Shown here: in pieces, positions 38,958 through 48,045 of the stretch
Numbering within the stretch: position 1 is the first letter of the stretch
Layout: each line of letters starts with the position of its first letter
Assembly (NCBI GenBank): GCA_052246995.1
Contig: JBQPWD010000001.1
Coordinates: 96,001 to 160,000 of the forward strand
From: Candidatus Bathyarchaeota archaeon
GTDB taxonomy: Archaea > Thermoproteota > Bathyarchaeia > Hecatellales > Hecatellaceae
Direction: 5' to 3'
Length of the DNA stretch: 64,000 nucleotides
The notes under the pieces: model-generated
Seen by the model: the letters and a program-made list of their open reading frames with translations, nothing else
Told to the model about the DNA's origin: nothing
Databases searched by the model: none
Made by a program: the position numbers and the translations under genes

Positions 38958-39812
38958 CTAAAACTTTTTCATCTCCTTTTTTAGGTTTATCTCTACAATT
39001 TCATTGCCTTTAACATCCGCACCTTTTAATGTTGAAACAAGCCCTAGAATTGTCCTTTTTACGACCTCGCTAGTAAACTTGTTTAAGGGTATTCTTTTTC
39101 CATCAATTTTAACTATCGCCACACCTTCCACTAAAGCTACACAACTATTCATGTTCGTACGTCCTTCATAAACTGCCTTTGCATGTTCAAAACAATTTTT
39201 AAATTCACATAAACCGCAATCAAGCTTTGGATGCCTTTTTAAGATGCTAAAAAACTTTGCCTTTTCTTCCAAAATCTCCAGTATTTCTTCGATTGCATTA
39301 AAACTTAAAATCTTGTAACCCTCCTTAATTTGTAGAGTTTCAGGTCCTATAACCCCTAAAACATTTTTAAACCCTTCTATAAATTTTAACTCGTTCTCTT
39401 CATTTATTATGATAAGTTTCGGCATTTCTTCATCATTCTTTAGAAACCTTCTAAAACCTTCAAAAATTAAAAAGTCAATATTCTCCTCTATTACAATTTT
39501 CCCTACAAGGTTGGTTAAGTTCTTAAAACTGTTATTACACTCACTACCCTTTTCAATGATTGAGATTTCTTTAGGTGATATGCAAATAACAATTTTTGCG
39601 CCAGCTTTAGCAGCTCTCCAACTATCCTTGCCTTCTTTATCCATTGTAAAGTCTGGATGGGGTATATGCTTAACATAACAAACATTAAAACCTTTATCTG
39701 TAAGTCTCTTAATAATAGCTTCAATAAGGCTTGTTTTACCAGACTTTTTCCTGCCAAAAATAGCAATTGCAGGCACGTTCAATACATTTTCAACCAACTT
39801 TTTCATCTCCAC
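38958..39812 (-). CDS. mobB: MobB with C-terminal Fe-S domain
   Basis: G.KKSGKT, VKH, D..GKDS and EGF; DCGLC...C...C cluster. Confidence 0.88.
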   Translation of the reverse strand: MEMKKLVENVLNVPAIAIFGRKKSGKTSLIEAIIKRLTDKGFNVCYVKHIPHPDFTMDKEGKDSWRAAKAGAKIVICISPKEISIIEKGSECNNSFKNLTNLVGKIVIEENIDFLIFEGFRRFLKNDEEMPKLIIINEENELKFIEGFKNVLGVIGPETLQIKEGYKILSFNAIEEILEILEEKAKFFSILKRHPKLDCGLCEFKNCFEHAKAVYEGRTNMNSCVALVEGVAIVKIDGKRIPLNKFTSEVVKRTILGLVSTLKGADVKGNEIVEINLKKEMKKF

Positions 39813-39920
39813 GTAATAATTTCGCTTATCACTTTCAATTTTACATTTTTGTGAAATAAAACCTAGGGCTTTTCAAGCTTTTAGAATCTACTCTACTTGC
39901 TTAAGTTCTCCAAATATTAC

Positions 39921-40109
39921 TTAAAATTTTTCTTCATCAATTTCCACTACAATAGGACCGGTGTATCTACAAATGCCGCATACGTATTGGGGCGGTGTTA
40001 TCCATTCATCAAGTGGACTTAAAAAGTAGATTTTGGAGTTTCCACATTTGGGACATACTAATATCTTTTTTCTTTGAATTTCTTTTATAAACTTTCTAAT
40101 GCTTTCCAA
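39921..40109 (-). CDS. small zinc-ribbon protein
   Basis: CPKCG...YVCGICRYTGP. Confidence 0.7.
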   Translation of the reverse strand: MESIRKFIKEIQRKKILVCPKCGNSKIYFLSPLDEWITPPQYVCGICRYTGPIVVEIDEEKF

Positions 40110-40118
40110 TTTTATCTT

Positions 40119-40400
40119 TTAGCCTTTTATAAATCTTAACTTTTTACCCAACTTTTTAAGAAAGCCTTCTGAGTTACTTTTACTAGCAATTTCAAACTCA
40201 GCAATTTCTTTTACAAGGTCTTCTAGGTGAACTTGTTTTTGAGTTTTTATGGCTTCTTTAATTTTTTCGCAGTTATGTTTTTCTGGAAGTCTATGGTCGG
40301 CACAAAAAGTGTCTCCACAGTAGTTACACCTGTACGGTAAAGGATAAACTTCTTTTCTACAGATTCTACATATATTGTTCTTTTTCAAATTAAACACCAT
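40119..40400 (-). CDS. AN1-type zinc finger protein
   Basis: CRIC...PYRCNYCGDTFCADHRLPEKHNC. Confidence 0.88.
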   Translation of the reverse strand: MVFNLKKNNICRICRKEVYPLPYRCNYCGDTFCADHRLPEKHNCEKIKEAIKTQKQVHLEDLVKEIAEFEIASKSNSEGFLKKLGKKLRFIKG

Positions 40401-40422
40401 TTTTTCATCAAAAGGTTTTAGC

Positions 40423-41202
40423 TTACACTAATCCTAAAGCCCTAAGAAATCTTGTATTAGAGTCCATGGTTGATGGTACTACCATGTAGAGTGTTAAACC
40501 TGAAATTTTTGCAGCATCATCTATGGCTGTATTAATATTGCCAACCTTGTCTGCTAAACCTATTTTCACAGCTTCATACCCGTATACAATTCTACCAGTT
40601 TTTATATCCTCGACGGCTTCAGAAGTTAGATTTCTATTTTTCTTTATATCCTCCACAATCTTGTTATATATTTTATTAACCTCAGCTTGAATACTTGCTT
40701 TTTCCTCTTCTGTTGGAGATCTCCAAGGTGCCCCAAAATCTTTTCCTTCTCCAGTACTCCAAACCCAAATTTTTATTCCTTGTTGTTCATAATATTTTGT
40801 AAGGTCAACCCATATTGCTAAAACACCAATCCCACCAGTAATAGTGTTATTGTAGGTTATAACTTCGGTTGCAAAAGATGCGATATAGTAGGCTCCAGAA
40901 GCACATTCACTGCCCATAACGACAATTAAGGGTTTTTTTTCAACAAAGCTTTTAACCTGCTCCGCTATCTCAATACAAGGATAAGCATACCCACCTGGGC
41001 TTTCAATATATAAGACCAATGCTTTAACACTAGGATCTCTTAGAGCATTGTTAAGCTCAGTTGTAACATCCTGAAAACTATATATTGGTGTGGTTATAGT
41101 TAAGACAACTATTTGGTTAAAATATCTACATAATGCAAAACTAAACCATCCTACAACAATGATTGATAGAAAAACTAAGCATAAAAACCTTTTTCTATTC
41201 AA
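40423..41202 (-). CDS. S49 signal peptide peptidase (SppA-like)
   Basis: SPGG, CASGAYYIA, GIGV, GKD and GLAD..G; N-terminal TM helix. Confidence 0.88.
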   Translation of the reverse strand: MNRKRFLCLVFLSIIVVGWFSFALCRYFNQIVVLTITTPIYSFQDVTTELNNALRDPSVKALVLYIESPGGYAYPCIEIAEQVKSFVEKKPLIVVMGSECASGAYYIASFATEVITYNNTITGGIGVLAIWVDLTKYYEQQGIKIWVWSTGEGKDFGAPWRSPTEEEKASIQAEVNKIYNKIVEDIKKNRNLTSEAVEDIKTGRIVYGYEAVKIGLADKVGNINTAIDDAAKISGLTLYMVVPSTMDSNTRFLRALGLV

Positions 41203-41241
41203 AGGACATTTTCTCCTACATTTCTTTAACGAAACTAAGTT

Positions 41242-42420
41242 TTAGTTGCATTTTATTAATTTTTCCTTTTTTGTAGTGGTTAAAAGAGTTATTGAAACTA
41301 GGCTTAGAAGAAAACCAACCATATATGGAAATTTTTCCCCTAATTTTTCTGCCGCAAACCCCCCAACAAACGGTCCAATGCTCATCCCTGCACCAAGCAT
41401 TGTTTCAATTAAACCTATAGATGCGCCTACCTTTTCACCATCACTGATTCTTGAGGCTGTTGAAATTACTACAGGAGAGGTTATTCCCATGGCCAATCCA
41501 AGCATGATAATACCTACAATAAGTAGAATAAGTTCTCTTACGTAAACTAAAACAAGAATAGAAAATGCTTGAATAGTTAAAGCTAAAATTAAAAGACTTT
41601 TTTCTTTACATATTCTAGAAAATATGCCTGATTGCAAGAAGGTTATAGTTCTAGTTAACCCGAAAACAGTAAAAAGAAGCCCAACTTGAAATGGTGTTAT
41701 CCCAAGATTTTTAAGGTATGCAGGAAATAATGTAAAAAGTAGACTTAGAATAAATCCATAAGAAAAGTTTACAAATGCTGGCTGTATGAGCCTTGTTAAG
41801 AAAGTTAAATTTACAACATTTTTTATCATTAAAAAATTTTGAGTTCTTTTTTCTTTTCTTACCAAACTCTTTTTGAGGTTTTTTAACAAATACATTGCTG
41901 GAAATAATGCGATTAAACCTATAATTAAAGATGTGGAAAATAGGGTGGTAAATCCGTATTTTTCAAGTATAAATCCTCCTATGAATGGTCCTAAAAGGAA
42001 ACCTAAAGCCCATGAAAAACTATACTCTCCCATCACCTTTATTCTTTCCTTTGTTGAAGATGTTGTTGAGAGTATAGCCTCAACAGTAGGCCAAAGAAAA
42101 GCATAAGCAACTCCACCAAAAATTCTTACAAGAATTATGTCTGAAACGTTTGAAGATAGAAGAAACAGCGGTGCTGTAAGTACGCAGCTTGAAACCCCAA
42201 TTAGGAAAAAACTTCCCTTTCCAAGAATATCTGTTATAAACCCTACTATCCCTGCTAAAAACATGTATGGAAGCGCATAAACCATCCCAATAAATCCAAG
42301 GTCAACATAGGACGCTCCAAAACCTTCGGCGTAAAGAGGAATAAACGGGTTGTAGGTGCCTATACTGAGGGTTATAAAAAACATAGATAAGTAAATAAAA
42401 AGTAGTAATCTTCTTTCCAA
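41242..42420 (-). CDS. MFS transporter
   Basis: About 12 TM helices; G..TD..G motif A and GPFIGG. Confidence 0.9.
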   Translation of the reverse strand: MERRLLLFIYLSMFFITLSIGTYNPFIPLYAEGFGASYVDLGFIGMVYALPYMFLAGIVGFITDILGKGSFFLIGVSSCVLTAPLFLLSSNVSDIILVRIFGGVAYAFLWPTVEAILSTTSSTKERIKVMGEYSFSWALGFLLGPFIGGFILEKYGFTTLFSTSLIIGLIALFPAMYLLKNLKKSLVRKEKRTQNFLMIKNVVNLTFLTRLIQPAFVNFSYGFILSLLFTLFPAYLKNLGITPFQVGLLFTVFGLTRTITFLQSGIFSRICKEKSLLILALTIQAFSILVLVYVRELILLIVGIIMLGLAMGITSPVVISTASRISDGEKVGASIGLIETMLGAGMSIGPFVGGFAAEKLGEKFPYMVGFLLSLVSITLLTTTKKEKLIKCN

Positions 42421-42467
42421 GAAGCCATAAACCTTTAAATTTTTAACCTAAGGTTTCTAAACTCCTT

Positions 42468-43160
42468 CTACTCAGGATACTGATAAACTTCAAGTTGTTT
42501 AATAATTCTAGGTTTTACTTCTTTTGTTTTTCCCACCAATATTTCAGCAAATTTTTTAAGATTTTCAGGCTTATCGGTATGGTATGGAATAGCCACTTTA
42601 GGTTTTACAAGTTCAGCAATTTCAACTCCGCTTGCTGGTGACGCTCCAGGAGCTATTCCAACAGTACAAAATGCTATATCTATACTATATTTCTTGCCTA
42701 TTTCTCTCATTTCAGGATAAGGTTTGCTATCACTTGAATGATATATCCTTATATTTTCACTTGTTGTTAGAACAAATGTAAGTGGCTGATTTGCCGGATG
42801 GCTTGAATGTTCCGCGTTAAGAATAATATCTCCAACCGAGGCTTCTTCACCGACATTTAAAGCTTTAATTTTAACTGGAGAAACTTCTTTAAGTTGCTTT
42901 GCAATGTATGGTGTTGTAACAATTGTTGCATTTGTTTGTTTCCATATTTTTACTACTGTTTTAGGATCAAAATGGTCATAGTGCTCATGAGTTATGATAA
43001 GAGCGTCTGCATTTAACACGTCTTCAGGTTTAGTATTTACAGGGTCAAAGATTGCTACCGATTTTGGAGTTTTAACAACAACTCCTGAATAGTTATTAAA
43101 CCATGCTATTGCCACTTTTTTTCCTGATACAGCTAACTCTAAAATTTTTTTAACGCTCAT
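42468..43160 (-). CDS. MBL-fold metal-dependent hydrolase
   Basis: ITHEHYDHFD, IYHSSDS and PKVAIPYH. Confidence 0.88.
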   Translation of the reverse strand: MSVKKILELAVSGKKVAIAWFNNYSGVVVKTPKSVAIFDPVNTKPEDVLNADALIITHEHYDHFDPKTVVKIWKQTNATIVTTPYIAKQLKEVSPVKIKALNVGEEASVGDIILNAEHSSHPANQPLTFVLTTSENIRIYHSSDSKPYPEMREIGKKYSIDIAFCTVGIAPGASPASGVEIAELVKPKVAIPYHTDKPENLKKFAEILVGKTKEVKPRIIKQLEVYQYPE

Positions 43161-43212
43161 TACTCATCAATAAAAGTTTAATCTAAAGAGACTTAAAAAA
43201 TTAGTTTTGTTT

Positions 43213-44154
43213 TTATAGTTTAACTATTATTTCAAGCTTATCCATAAGTTCCTTATACCTATTCCTCACGGTAACTTCTGTAACGTTTGCTATTGAGGCT
43301 ACTTCTCTCTGGGTTTTTCTTTCACCAAGTAGCATAGATGCAATGTAGGTCGCTGCAGCCGCTATACCGGTTGGGCCCCTTCCACTAGTTAAACGTAGAT
43401 TTTTAGCTATTTTTAGTATTGTTGCAGCAACGTTTTCAACTTCGCCAGTTACCTGTAACTGGTTGGAGAACTTTGAAATATACGAGGAAGGTAAAAGCGG
43501 AGGTACAAATTCTTCCAACTCTTTGGTTAAAAACCTGTAACATCTACCAATTTCCTTCTTACTTACATAGGTAGCTTGGGCAATTTCATCAAGTGTTCTT
43601 GGAACATTACACTTTCTACATGACATGTAGATTGCTGCTGCCGCAACACCCTGAATAGACCTTCCTCTTATTAAATGTTTTTTAACAGCTTTTCTGTAAA
43701 GTAGAGCTGCTGTTTCAAGAATATTTTTTGAGAGATTCAAAACTGAGGACATTTTACTCATTTCCGATAATGCAAAGGCTAAGTTCCTCTCGGAGGCATC
43801 CGCTATGCGCACTCTTCTATGCCACTTTCTTAGCGCAAACGCATGACCTGCTTGATTTGGAAGTAAACTCTTACCATAAGTATCTTGGTTATGCCAATCT
43901 ATAAGGGTTGATAATCCCTTATCATGGATAGTGTAAGTTAGTGGTGCGCCAACCCTTGTTCTTTTTGCTTTTTGTTCATTGTTAAAAGCTCGCCACTCAG
44001 GCCCTGTATTAGTTATTTTGGTATCGACAACGTAGCCACAACTCATACATACAATTTCTCCTTGTTCATAATCGTTTATTAAGCGGGAACTCCCACATTC
44101 AGGGCAGATTTTAGATTTAGTTCTTATATTCTGGGATGAGCTTTTTTTACTCAA
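43213..44154 (-). CDS. tfb: transcription initiation factor IIB
   Basis: Zn ribbon CPECG...C.SCG, GPEWRAF and two cyclin repeats ending TEVTVRNRYKE. Confidence 0.98.
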   Translation of the reverse strand: MSKKSSSQNIRTKSKICPECGSSRLINDYEQGEIVCMSCGYVVDTKITNTGPEWRAFNNEQKAKRTRVGAPLTYTIHDKGLSTLIDWHNQDTYGKSLLPNQAGHAFALRKWHRRVRIADASERNLAFALSEMSKMSSVLNLSKNILETAALLYRKAVKKHLIRGRSIQGVAAAAIYMSCRKCNVPRTLDEIAQATYVSKKEIGRCYRFLTKELEEFVPPLLPSSYISKFSNQLQVTGEVENVAATILKIAKNLRLTSGRGPTGIAAAATYIASMLLGERKTQREVASIANVTEVTVRNRYKELMDKLEIIVKL

Positions 44155-44181
44155 ACTTTTTACTCCTCCTTTTACATTTAA

Positions 44182-44469
44182 CTACTTAAATTTTCTCACT
44201 TTTCTTTCCAAAACAAACAATGTTCTACCAGGGTTTTTCTTAAAGTATGGTGACACAGATTTTACAGAAACGTAGGGCGAATTAACAGGACCTATAACAT
44301 CAAAAACTACACCAATTTCTCCTTCTTCTCCATCAAAAACCCTTGCTCCAATTTTTGGAACAAAATCAGCCTTGACTATAATGTTTTTTGTAGTTTCTGA
44401 AACATGCAAAATTTTTCCAAGTTTTCTTAGACTATAAGATTTGTCAGGAATAGAAGTTTTCTTCATCAT
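44182..44469 (-). CDS. gar1: H/ACA RNP subunit Gar1/Naf1
   Basis: LG..LH, P.IG..V and IG.V.DV.GPV.SPY; upstream of tfb; start placed at ATG 44469 from TATA spacing. Confidence 0.85.
   Translation of the reverse strand: MMKKTSIPDKSYSLRKLGKILHVSETTKNIIVKADFVPKIGARVFDGEEGEIGVVFDVIGPVNSPYVSVKSVSPYFKKNPGRTLFVLERKVRKFK
44444..44469 (-). promoter_or_regulatory. box C/box D (K-turn/K-loop) motif over the gar1 start codon
   Basis: ATGATGA-N15-CTGA on the minus strand, roughly 25-30 nt downstream of a TATA-like CTTAAAT. Confidence 0.4.
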
Positions 44470-44595
44470 CCACGCAGAATCCATAAAACACCCATTAATT
44501 TAAGTTTTTCTGCTTAAATTTTGCTTTAGAAGTTAAGAGGTAACGTAAAAGTAGGTTTAATGCTGAATTGTCTTCTTAGTAAGCCTATTAAAATG

Positions 44596-44886
44596 TTATT
44601 TCCTTCTCAGCTCAAGTATTTTTTCCGCAAGCATCCTTAAGGTTTTACTTTTTGTTTCTTTCTTATCAACAACAACGTAGCCTGGTTTGCTCCACCAAGC
44701 CCTTGGATGCTTTGCCTCAGCTTTTAATTTAGCATTAAGATTTAAGGCTTCTGCAGCCTTAACAACCTCCTCAAGTTTGAGATTTTCAATTGCAAGTTTT
44801 TTTGGTATTTTCCTTCCCTCTTTTCGTGTTTTGGATATGTCAAAATATGCTAACCAGATTATACACTTATCTTCAAGCTTTCTCAT
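44596..44886 (-). CDS. srp19: signal recognition particle protein SRP19
   Basis: IW..YFD..KTR.EGRK.P..LA and HPR.W. Confidence 0.94.
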   Translation of the reverse strand: MRKLEDKCIIWLAYFDISKTRKEGRKIPKKLAIENLKLEEVVKAAEALNLNAKLKAEAKHPRAWWSKPGYVVVDKKETKSKTLRMLAEKILELRRK

Positions 44887-44911
44887 TATATCCCCGCATT
44901 TTAAAACAGCC

Positions 44912-45295
44912 TTATTTTTCTATTAAAACAGCATTAACAACACCATTTTGGGACGGTCTTGAAGTTACTACTGCTTTTCCTTCCTCGGTTTCGATTATAG
45001 TGCCCCTTGTGATAACTCCCCTTCTATCATAGTCTGGATTTGCGGGATTTTTAACAACCCTTAAAATTTTTACAGTTTTAGTTTTACCTGTTTTTGGGTT
45101 TGAAACTTGTGCTACATCAGTTGATACTAGACGGTTTTTAATGTTTCCCCCTCTAACCCTAATTAAAACTCTGTAGTTTTTTCCTATAATAGTTTCAGTT
45201 GCAGGCCTACCTCTTTCAAATTTTCTTTTACCCCTATATGGCCTCCTCCTTCCACCAGTAGATTTTCTTTTATGAAGGTCTGAATGCCAAGCCAT
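44912..45295 (-). CDS. rps8e: 30S ribosomal protein S8e
   Basis: RKSTGG, RVRGGN, NPAN..Y.RR..IT.G and VTSRP.Q.G.VNA. Confidence 0.97.
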   Translation of the reverse strand: MAWHSDLHKRKSTGGRRRPYRGKRKFERGRPATETIIGKNYRVLIRVRGGNIKNRLVSTDVAQVSNPKTGKTKTVKILRVVKNPANPDYDRRGVITRGTIIETEEGKAVVTSRPSQNGVVNAVLIEK

Positions 45296-45443
45296 TTTTA
45301 TTCACCAATTTTTTCCTTTCCTAAGTACCGCTTTAATTATCCTTGTTAGGATTATACCTAGTTTAATATATGCTTTTATCATGAAAGGAAAAGCTTATAC
45401 ATTACCTAGGCCTATAAAGGCTAGAAACAGGAGAAGATAAGAA

Positions 45444-45674
45444 TTGGTTGAAATTGAAAAGCTTAAAAAGTTTATTGATGACGAAATTAAGCCAGCTTTA
45501 GAAATGGAAGGAGGATTTATAGAGCTTATTGATGTTAAAGAGGGGGTTGTTTTAGTTAGGTTAGGCGGTGCTTGTGCAGGTTGTCCTATGAGCCAATTTA
45601 CACTAAAAAACTTTGTTGAGGCACTTATCAAAGAAAACTTTCCAGACGTTAAAGAGGTAGTAACCTTAGCGTAA
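45444..45674 (+). CDS. NifU/Nfu-type Fe-S carrier
   Basis: I.P.L...GG and L.GACAGCP.S..TL. Confidence 0.9.
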   Translation: MVEIEKLKKFIDDEIKPALEMEGGFIELIDVKEGVVLVRLGGACAGCPMSQFTLKNFVEALIKENFPDVKEVVTLA

Positions 45675-45686
45675 ATTCTTATTCAT

Positions 45687-47159
45687 CTACCTTGTTTGAA
45701 CTTGGCATACAAGCTTTTCCCATAACTCTTTATTTCTTATGCATCCTGGGTCTGGGGCTAGATAATCTCCAAAGTATCCGTAAGCTCTTGCACGACATCC
45801 TCCACAAACATATTTAAATTTACAAACTCCGCAATTTGGTTTTAAAACCTCCCTATTACGTAACTCTTGGAAAACTTTGTTTTTTTCCCATATTTCTTCA
45901 AAGTTATCCTTTAAGATCTCACCAACTTTGAGTGGGAAAAATACGCAAGGAGTTATGCTTCCATCATGCTCAATAGCACAGTAAAACCTCCCAGCTCCGC
46001 ATCCACCAATAAACTCGCTTAAATCTACGAGTTGTCCGTATAAATGTGGATTGTAAAAGTGTGTTGGAATAATTAGTTCTTCCTTGGCCTTTTTTTCAAG
46101 TTTTTCCTCAGTTTGTAATGCAACCCTAGCATACTGGGGTGCTGTTGAAAGAACATCTGGTTTGATGTTTGACCTAAGCTTAAACCATAAACTTTCAAGA
46201 AGTTTTTCTCTTTCCTCTGGAGAGAGGTCATTTTCAATTATAAACCTTCCTCTACCAGTTGGAACAAAGTTGTACATCATCCACCAATCAACATCGAGTT
46301 TACCGCACAAGTTAACAATCTCTAAGATTTCCAAATAGTTTAGTTTTGTCGCTGTAGTTGCAACTTCAACAAATATTCCCTCCTCAACACAATTTTTAAT
46401 TCCGTTAATAGCTTTCTCGAAAACACCTGGAACGCCACGGAAGTTTTCATGAGTTTCGGGTTTAGCACCATCTAAACTTATTTGAACATAACCAATTCCC
46501 TCATGCTTTAACCTTTTAACAGTATCCTTTGACAGCAAAGTTCCGTTTGTTGCTACAGCTGTAAAAATCCCATAGCTGTTAGCTCTTTCTAAAACTTGGA
46601 AAAAATCTTTTCTTATTAATGGTTCTCCTCCTGAAAATGCTAGAATAGTTACGCCTGCATCTGCAAGCTTATCAACAACCTTTAAAGCTTCATTAGTGTT
46701 AAGCTCACCTATACTTGGTAAACCTGCCGAGGCATAGCAATGTTTACAGTGAAGATTGCATAACTGAGTAAAATTCCAAACAACAAGAAATGGTGCTCCT
46801 GGAACAAAGGGTCTTTTTACGCCGAACCTTGAAATTCCTTGTAAAACATTTATAAGACCTTTTCTCCAGTAAACATTCTCAAACTTTTCCTTAATTTTTA
46901 ACTCGTTAAGTCCAAAAGCCTCTCCTCCCTTTTTGATAGTCCACCTAACAAGAGGGTAAACGATTTTTGAACATGTCCAGCATGCCTTACTCCTCTTGTT
47001 GGCAAAAAGTTCTAATGCAACTTCAACCCTGCTTTTACCATCTTTCTTACATTTAGAGGAGAATTTTTTTAAAAGGTATCTTATAGATTTTCTGTTTATG
47101 GTTGACTTTAAAACTTCAATCGACTGGACTGTAGTATCTTCAACTTTTTCTTTAGCCAA
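45687..47159 (-). CDS. radical SAM/SPASM domain protein
   Basis: CNLHCKHC, SGGEP and SPASM GCGAG...G.ITPC...C..C.....CGGCRARA. Confidence 0.92.
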   Translation of the reverse strand: MAKEKVEDTTVQSIEVLKSTINRKSIRYLLKKFSSKCKKDGKSRVEVALELFANKRSKACWTCSKIVYPLVRWTIKKGGEAFGLNELKIKEKFENVYWRKGLINVLQGISRFGVKRPFVPGAPFLVVWNFTQLCNLHCKHCYASAGLPSIGELNTNEALKVVDKLADAGVTILAFSGGEPLIRKDFFQVLERANSYGIFTAVATNGTLLSKDTVKRLKHEGIGYVQISLDGAKPETHENFRGVPGVFEKAINGIKNCVEEGIFVEVATTATKLNYLEILEIVNLCGKLDVDWWMMYNFVPTGRGRFIIENDLSPEEREKLLESLWFKLRSNIKPDVLSTAPQYARVALQTEEKLEKKAKEELIIPTHFYNPHLYGQLVDLSEFIGGCGAGRFYCAIEHDGSITPCVFFPLKVGEILKDNFEEIWEKNKVFQELRNREVLKPNCGVCKFKYVCGGCRARAYGYFGDYLAPDPGCIRNKELWEKLVCQVQTR

Positions 47160-47262
47160 AATTTAAGCCACCTAGAGTTATATTAACTATTGGCGTTGTT
47201 TTTCAGGTGGGAGGATACTCCTTAACGTAAAATATATAATGTTTCGTTGTATTTTACTTTTT

Positions 47263-47335
47263 GGCGATGACGAAAGCTGGTATTACAGAGTAAGCTTACC
47301 TAACCTTATGATGAAGAATGAAACCAGGACAGAGC
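47263..47335 (+). ncRNA. C/D box guide sRNA (predicted target 16S rRNA 530 loop)
   Basis: ATGACGA (47267), 12-nt guide AAGCTGGTATTA, CAGA, spacer, ATGATGA (47308), second guide, CAGA (47330); TATA-like TATATAA about 25 nt upstream; guide complements GUAAUACCAGC. Confidence 0.6.
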
Positions 47336-47337
47336 TT

Positions 47338-47868
47338 TTACTCTTTTTCTTCGAGGCGTGCCAGTGTAAAAAGTAGGTCTGCAACTCTGTTAAGGTAACA
47401 CCCTAACTCTAAATTTTTAACTTTTCCATCGTGAATGAGTTTATGAACTTTTCTTTCAGCTCTTCTAACAATTGTACGTGCAAAATCTAAAGTTGCTGAA
47501 ACAGGGTTCTTTCCTGGGATGACAAAGTGTTTTCCTATCTCCACTTTTTCTAGAAGTTTTTCCAGAATTTCTTCTACTTCCTCAACATGCCTTCTTGTTA
47601 ACTTAAATGGGGCTTTATCGTATGCTTCGAGAGGAGTTGAGAGTTCGGAACATATGTCATATAAAGTTTTCTGAATCTTAAGTATAGTTTCCACAACCTC
47701 TCCATTTTTTGACAATGCTTTTGCTAAACCTAAAACTGATACTGCTTCATCTATTGTGCCGTATGCTTCAACTCTCTCATCATATTTGGGTACCCTTTTA
47801 CCATCCAGTAAACTTGTATATCCATGATCTCCAGCCTTAGAAAATTTAAAAAGTTTACCTTCAACCAT
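47338..47868 (-). CDS. PduO-type cob(I)alamin adenosyltransferase
   Basis: GD.G.TSL..G.RV.K...RVEAYGTIDE, RTIVRRAER and YLNR..D.LF.LAR. Confidence 0.93.
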   Translation of the reverse strand: MVEGKLFKFSKAGDHGYTSLLDGKRVPKYDERVEAYGTIDEAVSVLGLAKALSKNGEVVETILKIQKTLYDICSELSTPLEAYDKAPFKLTRRHVEEVEEILEKLLEKVEIGKHFVIPGKNPVSATLDFARTIVRRAERKVHKLIHDGKVKNLELGCYLNRVADLLFTLARLEEKE

Positions 47869-48045
47869 TATCTTTTCCCCTTTAAATCTTGTATGTGTTT
47901 AATGTAACCTTAACTTTAGCGGTAGTATCAATGGTAAAGTATTTTGTTAACCTTTATCAAGAAAATTCTAGCTTAAAATGTTTTTAGCTTTACCTCTAGA
48001 GTTATAAGATAGACCATTTCTTCTTAAAATTTTTGATGAGAAAAG

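Noticed and set aside
47263-47290. Fluoride riboswitch (starts GGCGATGA)
   Set aside because: No complementary CGCC stem or downstream pseudoknot partner; the C/D-box layout fits better
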